From Klebsormidium nitens (Eukaryota; Plantae; Klebsormidiophyceae), in contig DF237241.1 of assembly GCA_000708835.1 (NCBI GenBank), forward strand, positions 45,961 to 109,960: 64,000 nucleotides of DNA, given 5' to 3'. Position 1 is the first letter of the stretch, and every line of letters begins with the position of its first letter. Shown here in pieces: positions 10,966 to 23,565 of this stretch. Below the pieces are notes generated by a model, which saw nothing but the letters and a program-made list of their open reading frames with translations, had not been told where the DNA came from and searched no databases. A program made the position numbers and the translations under genes.

Positions 10966-13900
10966 TTATGATCCACCTGGTGGAGCTTCTCCTGACACCG
11001 GCACATCGCCTTTCGGCTCTTGCTCGGGAACCCCGTTGGTTCCTGCTTCCTCGGGCGGATCTGTAGTGCTCGCTGGTTCCAGGGCCTCCTCAGCTGGAGC
11101 TGTATCCGTTGCTGTCAAGTTCTCAACCGACATCGCTGTTGCAAGTGGCGGATCCGCAGGATCAACGGGCGCAGCTGATAAAGGCTCGCTTGCCCCCTCA
11201 GCACTGGCCAAGCGAACAGGGTCTAAACCAGCCCCCTGAACCTGCAGCCAGAAATATCGAGCATGGATTAAATGCTGCCGGTAGAGCGTGGGTTGAATGC
11301 TAACGGTGTGTATACTATCCACAGGCCAATCTGAAGCAGTTAAGAGTGAACATTCAACACACCTCTCTCTTTGTCCGGACCACCACAATGAGCGCCGGTG
11401 ATTGCAATTCCTCAACAAGAACCTCGAAGTTCCCCGCTTTGCCCTACAACAAGCAAAAGACCAAGCCTTTCGCAGCCACCCCACCTGAGCAATGAGCGCC
11501 ACGATGTCCTGCGTAAGCAGCGCCACCCGCTCCGAGAGGCGCTGCACCTCCGCCTTGAGGTTGCTGTTCTCAACCGACAGGTTGTTCTTTACGCGGCCCA
11601 GGTCCTCCGACTCGGCCTGCTTGCGAAGCCGCGAGCGCCGCGCCGACTCCCGGTTGCTCTGCTTCCGCCGCTGCCGCTTCAGCTCGCGCTCGTCCAGGAA
11701 AGGGCCTGCCCCCAGGTCGCCATTCAGCGCGGAGGCGCTCCCCCTACGAACCCCAATCTGCAGAGTAGGGGTCAAGGGTTTGCACCACTTTTGGCAGGGG
11801 AATCAAGCAGCGTATTGGAGAAGCTCCAACGTACGAGCGGTGGGGACGCGTGAACGGTGCGATACGATGCGATGGAGCTGTGATTGGAACAAGATTGTCA
11901 CCATGCCGGGAATCACTGCCCCCTGTCCGCAATCAGGGGGTTCAATATCGGAGAAGGGTCCCGAAGCCAACTTTTTAGACCGAGGAATTCCCCAACTGCT
12001 GCTTCTACAATTGGGCGCTGAAACAGGTATGATTGAGCAGACTGGTACGCTCAGTTTGTCAAAACGGCTTGGTTCCAGAAAGGGGGTGATGGATGTTCCT
12101 TCTAAAGAACCAGGAATGATACTGCTTAAATCGATCTACAACAAAAGCCCTGTCTTCAGGATTCCGCAAAAAGGAGTGAGCCCAGCAGGCTTACTGCGAA
12201 GCCCGTCAGGTCACTGACATCCTTTTGAGCCACCTTATCGAAGCCCCAGAACGATAAAGAACTACGCTCTCAGACCTGCGCCACCTAGCCACTCTCCCTA
12301 AGATACGATCTTTGAGCCGCCACTCAAAATTTCAGCTGTCAAACATTGGCCTTGCCTTGTGGGTTTGGTTCCAAGGACCTACTTCTTTCTGTCATCCTCC
12401 CATCCTGGATTCTGAAAGCACCTTATGAGGACCCTCTGTTGACTCACCCCCCATTGTAACTCTCCTCCCGGACCATACGTATAAGTGGCGGGGCCACTGG
12501 GCCCCGAGTTCCCATCACCCCTCTGCACGATGCACAGAGCAGAATAAGGTGCGCCAGCATACAACTCGAGACAGTGATGCGGTGTCCTTGCACTCATTCT
12601 GACCACTCAATTGAGGGGGTTTCAACATTCAGTGTTAGCTGAGGGCAGCATCACTACACCAAGTGTGTTGCAAACGTGCTGTTGAAATGGCCTATGAGTC
12701 ATCGGATGCACACGTTGCCTTTGCACAGAGTGGCCCCCAAGAACCGCCCACAATCAGTATCGTTTTGCATCAAACGTTCAGCTTCTCAAAAGGCCCCACC
12801 GCAACTTACCCCGTCGTCCCCACTGCTACCCGAGTCACTGCCGCTCGACCTTCTTGTGTTTAGGTTACCAGAGCCACCCTCAGCACCGGTTGGCTGCACA
12901 CAGAATCCTCTGGCTCAGCTCAGAATTGGTGAGATCAAATCTGTTGCAGACATGGCTTGCCTGTACTTGAACTAAGATGTGACGCGGCTTTCAACAAAAT
13001 CGACAGGATGCTTAAACCCTGAATGCCTCTGAGAACAAGAATTTGCTTATCCACAATGAGAGCAATTGCCTGGCACCAGAAGAGAGCTCAAGCACAAACC
13101 CAAGATGCGGAATGCATGCACAAGCGCCCCGCATACCAAAAGTAGGTAAGAATCATAGCTTTCAATTAACTGAGTGGCAGTCTTGGAGTAAGCCTGCGAT
13201 CTTGAAAACGCTTGACGGAACCATGCTGATCTGAAAGTTCGGGCATCACCTTGGGGGGCGTGGCTGCGTAATAAGCAGGAGCTGCTCCGGGTGCCGGGGG
13301 GGGAGGATATCCAGGGTAATATGCTCCTGGTGCTCCATAAGGCACCATCATAGCCGGCTGGGGTCCCCACATGTAAGGGGGATGGTGCGGGCCATAATAG
13401 GCGCCGGGATATGGGACCGGGACTTTATATTGGGCTTGCTGCACGGGCGAGAGGAGCACAAAACCTCAATTGTACAAACAAGGTCTTTGGGAGTCGAGCA
13501 GTACATTAAATGGTTAATTTAAGGGACTGTGGCCACTTGCAGGTAGCTCTGCGATTGCAATAGATGCTGCACTCTGACGGATGCTGCACGGTAGATCTGA
13601 GCATTGACCTCGTCAAGTGTCTGGTAGCAGGCCTACCTGGATGGCTGGGTTTTGCTCAGCTGCCTGATCTGCAGACTCTCTTGCGGCAGGGACTGCGCAG
13701 GCAGAGGGATTAGCAATACTGAGCTGGCAGATCATAATTCTAAATCTGCGGCTTGAATGCATTCTGGTCACTGTTAATCTCTCTTTAAGTCCTCTTCAAT
13801 TTTTACCATTGGTAAACCAATGCAAAGATGAAGATAATCTGATCGTAGCTCTGATAAACTGCGCCTGATCTTGCTGTGGTTGGCTCCATCCCATCAAGAC

Positions 13901-14155
13901 GACAGGATCAGCACGCAAGCTAGATTGTTTTAGAGAACCATCAGAGGCTATCAACGATCTGAGGGATCACCTTGAGAATTTTGAGCATTTCAGCGAGGTA
14001 GCTTTTGTTTTAGAAAAGTGCCCCTTCGTACAATGCGTCAAGATCAGAGCCAAGAGCATCCACAAAAAGCTTTTGAGAAACTTAGAAAGCATACCTGCAC
14101 CCACTAGAGCAGGCTCGGTGCCAAACTGCGTGGATGCATTTCCTGTCTCAGCCAT
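10966..14155 (-). CDS. GBF: G-box binding factor-type (group G) bZIP transcription factor; 5' exons uncertain
   Basis: bZIP sequence [28 protein letters not shown] plus leucine zipper in the exon ending at 11485. Last exon 11241-10966. Pro/Tyr-rich exon 13438-13250 ([25 protein letters not shown]). Linker exons 12893-12810 and 12522-12448. The start ATG at 14155 is tentative. Confidence 0.85.
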
Positions 14156-14795
14156 TTTGTGTCAAGCTGCTGGTGCTTCTGTGATATGCTGCTTTGATGC
14201 AGAAGTGTCTTGCATACAACAATCTCTTCGATGATAAGACAGCAAAACTATCACGGTTTATGCTCTAAACCTTTCAAGCCTGCATGGTTCTTGAAAAGTC
14301 ACGGTTGACCCATGAAGGGGGCACTGACTTTATTTTCAATCAACGGGTAATCTTTCTGGATCACTTCTTCAGCAACTACAGCTTTTTCTGCAATCACAAG
14401 CGTGCATTGAATAGAGACGCCTGCCCCGTACTTCGCCCCCGAGCTGCACAAGGGCACGATGAGTCCTTTTCCACAAACCGTATTCCTCCTTTTCTTACTC
14501 AACCTGCAACCCAGAACAGTGGCCCCCGAATCGACCTGCGTGGGATCCCCAACTACGGAACCGGTACGTGCTCTCCTTCACAACTCTCATGCAGCTAGAA
14601 CGTTCAACAAAATACTTTTCAAACAAAGAGGCACGCCATGGCCATGCAGCCCACTCCCCTTCGCAATGCTCCTTCTGCGCAGGTTTTCGAATTCCCCAGT
14701 GTCCACCTCGACTGCTGCGTGTCTCATCGGACGGTTTAAAGTCATTCTAAGCCTCACCGGCCGTCGGTGAGGCCAGCGCGACCCGGAAAAGAAGC

Positions 14796-14803
14796 TGACG
14801 TGG
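14796..14803. promoter_or_regulatory. Hex/G-box-like motif TGACGTGG upstream of the bZIP gene
   Basis: GCTGACGTGGCGGATCC lies in the intergenic interval between the divergent GBF and Pin3-like genes. Confidence 0.35.
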
Positions 14804-15274
14804 CGGATCCTCTGCCAGCTCACATGTTCAAACCTCCGTAACCCGCATTGTGCTGAAGCTGGTGCCGGTCGCACTGGCGGCCGCGAAACGGTTCGTGCGC
14901 GCGGTAATATTCGCATTTGCTTAGCATTTATTCAGGTAAATCTATAATTAGGCGGTATACAAATACCGGTAGTGTCAATCTCGATCCGATCTGATTTGAT
15001 GGCGATTTAGGAATTTGGGATGCTGAGAATTTGCACCGTATCTTCTGCTCTTTCAGTGTGGACTTGCTGTGACCTGTGACAGAAGGAAGGTAGGTGGGTA
15101 CAATACGGGCAGGCTGCAGGGAAGTTGGCGGGGCACTTGCATCTTTCCTTTTCTTTAGGAGACAGGTAAAACAGGGGTATAATAAACGTGAGCAATCGAC
15201 TGAGCACCAACAGCTACGGGGTGTCCTTGTTAGGTTAATCAGAAAGGGACGGACTACTGTCAGTTGCGGGAAAG

Positions 15275-16899
15275 ATGGCGGACCTCAGGGCTCATCTCTT
15301 TTCAGAGGCAGAGCGGGCGTTGCAGACTCTCCTGGACAATCATGTGGTGTCTGCGCCTACGCATGCATCTGCTGTCAGCATCCTGAAGCACGAGCGGGAC
15401 GGAACGCCAGTCGCAGTGCCTCCAAGGTAGGCATAGCAGACAAGGTGCTGCTGTGCAGATCTGCCACAGTCCCTGTGATATGTAACCTATCCGCATGATG
15501 ATTGGAACTGATGGAGAACTCGATGCTTGAGATCATTGAGAGGCATTGCGGAGCGTCCTTCTTGATGTGCGTTGCAAAACAGCACTTGATGGACGACTTT
15601 TACGTCTCTAGTATAAACCCAGGCCTCGACTCGCTGTCCCTCCAAACAAGTCCCCGTGCTTTCTGCACCCTTGTCTTTCGTGTTACTGCCCCGGGTGTTC
15701 AAAGTGATGGTCAAAGTGTGTCCTAAAAGCAGTGAAATACTCATGATGTCAATCTGCAAATCCCTCAGCATCCTCCTTGTTTATTATCTTTTTGGCCATT
15801 GTGGCTGGTCATCAGCACAACCAGAACCCCTTTGCTCACCACCTTCTTCGGACGCATCATCGCAGCGGCGCTCCTCCGGAGCCTCTTGGCGGTGCAGACC
15901 CCGCCCTAAAAGCGTACCTCTTGAAGGAGGCGGAGAGGGAGCTGCAGAACCTGCACGACAACAGATTTTTGACCCCTGATAGCCACGCCCGCATCACCGC
16001 GCTCCTCCAGCAAACCAGGGACGAGAAGGGCATCCCGCAGGCTCCCCCCGTGGGGTACATCCCGCCGGTCTCTGCATATTCGCCAAGCACCCAGCCTCAA
16101 GTGTAAGCTTCTAATCCTGACCAGCTTCAACGACTCAGAGGCATTCCATTGCACTCTGATTTATTTCTGTGCCGCTGGCCACTAAAGCCACGTGTCCACT
16201 TGAGTCCTGCATCACGTGCTTTAGCCATTCTGGCTACAGAAGTCTTCAGTCCACTTGAGTCCTGCATCATGCACTCGAGTTAGTGCAAGATTCTCGGGGG
16301 GCTTTCATAGCCAAGTGCCCGTCCCCCGGTGGTAATGTGGCTGGTGTGACTCCTGCAGATTCCAAGGCTATGCATACCAGCCAGCTGCTTACGCCCCCGG
16401 CTACCCGCAACCTGGGTATGGCGGATACGCCCCTGCGTATGACCAGCAAGGCCAGTACGGGTATCCCCCGGGACAGTACGGCCAGCAGCCTCCTTCCGGC
16501 CAATATGGACCTCCCCCCGGACAGTATGGTCAGCAGCCGCAGTACGGACAGCCCTACGGACAGCCCTATCCTTACTCCCAGCAGTATCCCCAGCAATACT
16601 CACAGCAACAGCCGAATGTCAACAACCCAGGTATCGTAGGCACACCAAATGTGACCCCGCTACCACCCCCCGAGCCTTCCAAGCCGCAGGCACAGGCACC
16701 CCCCCCGGCACCTGCACCTGCGCCTGCGCACGCTGCTCCAGCGGGGCCAAAGCCCCCATCGCAGTGGGGCCAGTTTGCGGGCCGCATGGGGAACAACATT
16801 GCGAATGGTATGTCATCTGGCTTCGGGTGGACCATGGGCGGGAACGTTGCGAACGAGGTCTTCCACGACACAATGCACGCGATCCACAAGATCACATAA
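15275..16899 (+). CDS. 309-aa protein with two tandem helical N-terminal repeats, a Tyr/Gln/Pro/Gly low-complexity tract and a Pin3/Lsb1-like C-terminal motif
   Basis: Exons 15275-15426, 15866-16102 and 16359-16899 join in frame (152+237+541 nt). Repeats: MADLRAHLFSEAERALQTLLDNHVVSAPTHASAVSIL and DPALKAYLLKEAERELQNLHDNRFLTPDSHARITALL. The C-terminal region reads WGQFAGRMGNNIANGMSSGFGWTMGGNVANEVF. Confidence 0.85.
16194..16269. repeat. Exact 21-nt direct repeat in intron 2 flanking a 34-nt spacer with a mini-hairpin
   Basis: GTCCACTTGAGTCCTGCATCA at 16194-16214 and 16249-16269. The spacer contains TAGCCA-TTC-TGGCTA. Confidence 0.8.
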
Positions 16900-18613
16900 T
16901 CTATTCTTGAGTGCTCAGGTGGGGCTTGTGTCAGAATGGAGGAAACGGAGGATTGCAGGCCACCAATGTGCCCACCTGTTGCATGACCTGTACCATATGC
17001 TCGCGGGGAGTGTTGCTGGTGGCTCGCCCTAGTTTCCGGATGAGGACAATTGTCCTCACATCGTAAGACTGATTGATGACAACAGGACTAAGTCTGTACT
17101 TATTCAGAAGTGCACTTGCCAAGAGATTCACAACTGAACGTCATCGCCGCAACAAACTGAAATTCTTAGAACTTCTAAGGTCCAAAGTGCAGCGTTTAAG
17201 GAGCTTTTACTAAGCACTTAATCGCGTTTCGATCCGGTAGGAAACACATGGCTTCTGCATCAGCGAGCTCTGTACATGGTACGGTCAATTCCCCACTTAG
17301 CCAATAGTTGAGTTGTATCACGCAAGCCACTAGAATTGAAAGAAGGCATATGAGTCGCTCTGGCACCTTCCCAACATGGAGTTTCGACATTACCCCTCGA
17401 ACTTGCAGTGTTCTAGCTTGACTTTCCACATATCTCCTTCCTTAGAAATGTTGTCCGCGGGTGCCTGAATCCCTTGGATGACACCCAATGTAGACGACAT
17501 ATGACATGAGCCCAAGTCTCTTATTTGCATGTGATACAGCTTGCAGCATATTCAAGAATTCCTTAAAGCCGGTGTACATTGCAATCGTACATTGAACATG
17601 TTCAATTGTCGGACATGGTAATGATGTCGGATGGATAATCGTTTCTATATATAAGCGCAGACGGTGAAAGTCGATCATTCTTCGCCTATGGATGATATTG
17701 CACTGCATAGTAAAATTATATCGATCCATAACTTACAGCTGTAGAGTCGAGCATGTGTGACAAACTATCCTGGGCCCGGGCGGCCCGGGTAGCTGCCGCG
17801 GAGATCGTGCGGATCCAAGCCATCATGACATGGCGGCTATATAACTAGGGTGCATTCAGTACATAATAAAAGCTATAGAAGTTAACATCATTCCATCTGC
17901 CAGCTAGCTCATAAGGCGGCCACAGCCGGATATGCGAGCAGGTTGCATGATGTATATATTGCGGGACCCATTGTTAGGATCGACTTTCTTTTGCTGAATA
18001 AAAGTAAGTGTTTCAATCGAAGCTTAGTATGCAGTTCAGTTGGCTTGAAGCTCTCACAGACTCATTCATGGGTGGGCGTTATTTAAAGCGGACATAACAA
18101 CTCGATCTTCAGTATGTAAGTACATGCACCTCGTAAGGTTCCCATAACTCAGGCGTCCAACCCATGGCGCAACGCATGTGCTTCCAAATGTGTTTTTGAG
18201 ACACGAAGATCGCAACGACAAGCTTGAAAGGCAATTGCCTCGTCAATCTTGCCAGATAGTCTGCACATTGGCACAACTCGGACGTTTGTTGACCACAAAC
18301 TCATTGAGCCTCTTCAACCAGGTAGTTACTAGCTAAATTCAGAACTAGCTTATACTAAGTACACACCTGGGCAACTGCTTCTTTACACTCAGAAGTGGCT
18401 GTTGGCCAGATGGACTACATTCTACAATCAATCGACTACAGGAACCTATGAAACTAAGCTCACTAGAATATACATACGCAGCAATCACTCCAGTCGAACG
18501 GAATGTATTTGAGAACCGTCCCAGGTTGTAAAGTTCCTTTGACTAGGTACTAGAAGTGCCTTCGGCCTATTTAGCGAATGCTGTCTGTCTGGTCAGACGC
18601 GGCTGTCGTGTTT

Positions 18614-21600
18614 CTACTCTGCCAGCGGGCTGTGCTTGATGCACATGCAGTTGCCTTCGCCAATCTGCTCAGCAATGCACGGGACGACACTGCAGAAGCA
18701 CAGTGCAAAAATGGTAAATCAGCAACATTCTCTTTACCGAGTGTCTCTCAATCAAGACCGAGGGGAAGATTCTCCAGAAACACCAAAAGCTCATTGTCCG
18801 GACGGCTCGGAGTTGAAACACAGAAGTTCAACCAAAAACCCTTTCGCCACCTGCCGTCGGCCGCCTTGAAATCGAAAAGCACGGTCCTCAATTTCGTCTA
18901 GCACTCTTCTCTTGAATAAACAAATAAACGGATCACAAACGAGGCATCCTGAAGACTGGAAGATCCTGAAAGATCCCTCACATATTGCCATCTGGGAACG
19001 CGCGCGCCCGGCTCTCCACGAGCTCCTCGACGAACTCCTCGAGCGTGTCCACGGACACGTTGGGCATGACCACCGCGTGCGCAATGGGGCCCTGGCACGC
19101 CAGCTGCCACTTGCGCACAAAGGCCTCCTCGGGGGGGCGCTCAAACACGACCGTGCTGGGAACAACCGCGAACGGGGAAATGTCAGCAGACTCTAGTTCT
19201 GATATGGAATCTGGTTCGCATTTGGGTTCTGATGGGCTCTAAAGCTGTGCTCAAAATATCGATGGCGTCTGGCGGGAGAGCGTGGTGCCCAATATTTCAA
19301 GGCTTTCTTTGCGTCATAAGACGGACGTTGGTTACTAAGCAGTCCATCGCTGCAAGCTTTCGCTCCTCTCCAGGCAGCAGGCAGAAGCACACGGCCCACT
19401 GCAGAAGCCAATCCAAAAGCCGATTTTGACGCCTACTGCCGTGAATGATGCAAAGCAGAGGGAGAGAGCCTTACCTGCTCAGCTCGTTGAGCATGGCCCC
19501 GAACCGGTTCTCCTTCAACCTGCTCTGCAGCAGCAGCGCGTTCCGGAGGCACTTTTGGACCTGCACACGGGAAGACATCGAGACGTCGTCAGACTTTGCC
19601 AATTTGCATCTGCTAGTCAGACACGGAGACTGGCCGGCGAGCTGTCAACATGACCGAAAAAACTGACCCACCGCAAAATCACTCTTCTCGCGCCGTCCAC
19701 TCGCAACAATGTTTCAGCTCAACCTGCATAGACACTCCGCACTCGTGCAGCTCGTATGCACAGCAGACCCTTCTCATCCTCCAACAGTACTGGACTTGCG
19801 CCTCCCAGCAAGAACACAAGCGACGTCCACATCGTATCCGCCACAACCCTCGCAACACCGACGCCGCGCGGATCAGGCAGACACAAACATAATCCTTGTC
19901 CGCCAACCCTTGCAACTTCTCGAATGCCGGCCTGAGACGAGCATCCCCGACTCACGTCCTTTTGGAAGCCCCGGTAGCCCTTCCGGTTGAGCGTGTACCA
20001 GAGGTAGAGCGGCGCGTGCCCGTTGCGGCTGCCCATGATGGTGGCGTCCCGCGAGGCGAGGTACTCGACGTCGCGCCCGAGCGTCTCGATGTGGCGCAGC
20101 CGCGTGATCTGCACCCCGCACGGCATCGGGCACCCCACGAACTTGTGCCCCGACACGCTCACGCTGCCGATCGGCTTGCGGAACGTCACCTTGGGCGCCT
20201 GCAAGAGGATAATCATGGTTCCATATGGCAGCGCGCGCATGCACGTGACGTCCCTCTCTTATCATGGTTATATGGTTTACGCTTTTTGAGTATCCTTGAC
20301 GGAAAGCTCCGGCCTACGACAGCTGCAACAGCTGCATATTATAATCGTTACAGGGACCCAGGTCAGATCTACACGAGACAAGCTGTGGTCAAAACTAGGT
20401 CAACCTTTCCTTCTTCTAAAAGGCCGAACTCAGAACCTCCGGCTTACAAGAATGCACACAGAAAGGGGAACCAGAAATTGCTGGCCCTCGTCGACAGTTT
20501 TTCAGTGCACCTCCAGGAGCACCTTGGTTTTGCAGGACAAACCTCTGCAGACCTGCATTCAAAACGCTTCGCTATAAAAGTCTTCCTAAACTCAGTTACC
20601 GACAAAACCAGGCGCCGAACTTTCAAAAGGTTCGGACCGACAAAGGAGCCGATAGTCCGCCCTGAAAGGAGGAACCAGCAAAATTCTGCTTACCTTTTTG
20701 ACAAAGGGCATCATGAGGCCGAACAGCGCCCCATCAACGTGGATGTAAAACCGGTCTTCCGTGTATCCGACTTCTTTGAGGGTCTCAATGACGTGGTCCA
20801 AGTCGTCCACTGCACCCTTGACAGTCGTTCCTGCAATAACAGAATACGACAAAGGGGACTGCTTCAGCGGGGGCGTTATACTAGACAGAGGGAAGCAATC
20901 GCATGCATTAAACTGACAAACATTCCCTGAACCATGTCGTTGAGAGCAAACCCCAGGAACTGCACGACTGAACCCCAGAAACGCGTGTCTCCAAACAAAG
21001 GCTGGTTCGAACAGAAGTGAGGTTGCTCAACCTGTCATATGTACTCAAGACAAGTGTGCCTGGAATGGGCATTAACCAACAAAGAGGATCGAGTGCAACA
21101 TTCTGCAGGCTGATGGGCCGCGTTCCTATTCTTAAGATGTTGCTGTGTCGGTCCAGAAAGGACGGAGAGCACGCACCAATGTTGACGTTGATGATGGCGG
21201 GCTTGTCCTTGTTTGCCTCTAGCTTCGTCTTGAGGTCCGCGCAGTCGATCTCGCCCGTGATCAGCGTGGCCACCTTCACCCGCTCCATGCGATACATGCG
21301 CGCCGCCTTGAAGACCGAGTAGTGCGACTCGTGGGACGCGTACAAGATGCCATTAGGAAGCACCTCCCGCCTGCATTCGAAAATACAAAAGAGCTGAGGG
21401 TTCACTCTCTGGACTTATTTACAGTGTATGTTTGTCCTGACTCTGTCTTGGTTCTCTACAAAGACTTCATCTATGTAGAGACAGGGATGATAGATCACCG
21501 GCAGCCTATGCTCAGGGCCAAACACAAAGTGACTTCTGCTTACCGGGAATCTCAATCGCTAACAAGATTCCCCAAGCGCCAGGTTTTCCCATCCTCACTA

Positions 21601-22849
21601 GTACCCCCCTGGAATCAAGTGTGGCGCCCTTCGAGCCTTTGAAATATGAAAGCCTGCCTGCATGACACTCCATGAAGAGCCCCTCATGCGGCCAAATCGA
21701 AACACCTCCTACTCAACAAGGCAGAAGGGCCGCTCACCCAAGTAGGATGCCGTGCAGGTTGCCCTCCGTGCCGCAGTTGGTAATGTAGCCCCAGTAATCA
21801 TCCTTTTCTATTTCCCAAAGCCGGGCAAACCAGTCCAAGACGCCAACCTGAGAAGCACATTGAGAGGGCGCATGTCAGGGGCAAGCAAGAGAACTAGGAG
21901 GAAGTTAGCTTCAGAACACATACATTAGGGAACAACTTGCGCAGCATCATTTTACCCCATGCGCAGATGGATCTCTAAGGGGCACATCAGAAAACTAGTG
22001 TGAATGATGGCGTATTGACAGCGCACGCGGAAGGACTCAAGCGCACCTCAAATTGGCGGGAGTGCACGCCATAGTTGCTCTCAATAAACGGGTCCCCGAG
22101 ATTGTTGATGGAGTACCCCTGCAACTGGGAGAGCGCCCCATAATCAAACTCCAAATTGTACGGGTACCCTGCACAAGATCAAAGGGAGGTCACAGGATGC
22201 ACCACCCCCGGTTGTGAAGGTAGTCAGGCATTGGACCAACTTGCAGCGGCCCGAGAGAGAAAAGAAACTCCTCATTACCAAGCTTGGAATGCATGCAACA
22301 CCAAAACCACACAACACATCGTGGTAAATGGCAGAGTTGCGAGCCCCTTGTGCCCGTCCTACAAAACCTGGACGAGCTTGCGGTGAAAGGAACAAATTCC
22401 ACCTGCGCACTTTTTAGCAATCAAAGCAACATCATTCATGAAGAAACCGGAGGCAGTACGACGAACGCCCTGGAACCCTAAACTATCGTTGTCGGTTCCC
22501 TGACTCGCTCACCTAGGTGGTGCCGTGTTCGCTCCTCCAGGTGCATCCTAAACTTTGCTAGCACCCCAGCCATGTACGCCTCCTTATCCGACGCCCCTTC
22601 CGCATCCGCCACTGGCTCCGTCACAGGGAGAGACGCCGCTTGCACCCTCCGCCTGGTGTCATAGTTTACCGGCTCCTTATGGTGACCGTTCTGAGAAGCT
22701 GCCGGGGCCGGGGAGTGCTCCGGCTCAGGCGCCAAAGCCAGGGGCACAATCTCCCTCAGCCTGTCGAGCTCGATCTCTCTGGGGAGAGGCGACGCCGGCC
22801 CGTGCTTGAGTTCCCATGGGGCGTGGAACCCGTTTGCGGTGGCCGTCAT
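18614..22849 (-). CDS. SDC1: Serine decarboxylase (group II PLP-dependent decarboxylase, histidine decarboxylase-like), 8 exons
   Basis: Exons 22849-22513, 22168-22047, 21847-21738, 21370-21177, 20830-20694, 20198-19956, 19560-19475, 19155-18982 and 18689-18614 (nine segments listed) splice in frame. Motifs: [41 protein letters not shown], the PLP-lysine site SGHKF, and the C-terminus [17 protein letters not shown]. Confidence 0.95.
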
Positions 22850-23565
22850 GCTTGGGTGTGAGGCGCTTGCCAGACAAACTTCAGGGGGGAAGCGAAGCAG
22901 AAACGGACACACCCAAGAAAACCGTCCACTTCTCTCGATCCGTCCAAGAACTTCAACTCCAGAAGGAGTGCTGTGCTGCGTGCAGTTTCCGGGTGGACAG
23001 GGAGCGGCTCATGTGAACAGTCGGAGTGAAGGTCTGCATGTGCCGACTGTTCTGGCGCCAGCCAATCTTTCCCAGACCGCACCGGCAACCCTAACCATCG
23101 GCTGACGTCAGCAAGTAGAGCAACCTTCGGAGGACTGCAACGCTCAAGGCGTTTTAGCAGGAGCGTTATCAAGCAAGGCTTCTGTTTATGACATATGTGA
23201 TCAACGCCGGATCCTCATAAATCTCAACTCTGCCTATCTTCCAGTCCGATGACAACCTGTTTGGAATTGCTCGTTGAATGCAAAGCCTCAGGAAATAAAA
23301 TGGAGGGGGCTTGCATGCTCCTTTCCTCTGCAAGGCACGCCCTTTGGTTCCAGAAAAGTCTGGAACAAATGCTGCGTCGGGCATGCTGATAGGGGGCCCG
23401 TGTTCGTGGCTCAACAAATCGTGGCACCGGTGGTCTTAGATGGTGGTGCTCAAAAGCAAGCGGCATTGAGCTGGAAACACTACCTACATTTTGAAAAGAC
23501 TAACCCTCGTTAAAGACTCCAGCGGCAATTTGGAGATTTGGAACTTGCTAGGTAGCACTGCAAGC
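22850..23565. promoter_or_regulatory. Probable bidirectional promoter between SDC1 and SWC2
   Basis: Head-to-head start codons lie about 716 bp apart. The interval contains TGACGTCA at 23103-23110. Confidence 0.45.

Noticed and set aside
12853-12868. Apparent 16-nt GT...AG mini-intron in GBF
   Set aside because: Too short, and the frame reads through cleanly as an exon.
15497-15520. C-box-like ATGATGA and CTGA in an intron (snoRNA?)
   Set aside because: The boxes are too close together and there is no terminal stem or guide sequence.
17741-17753. 13-nt match with 53582-53594
   Set aside because: Matches of this length are expected by chance in 64 kb.
19896-20930. 344-aa plus-strand ORF
   Set aside because: Antisense to GC-rich SDC1 exons, with no independent homology.
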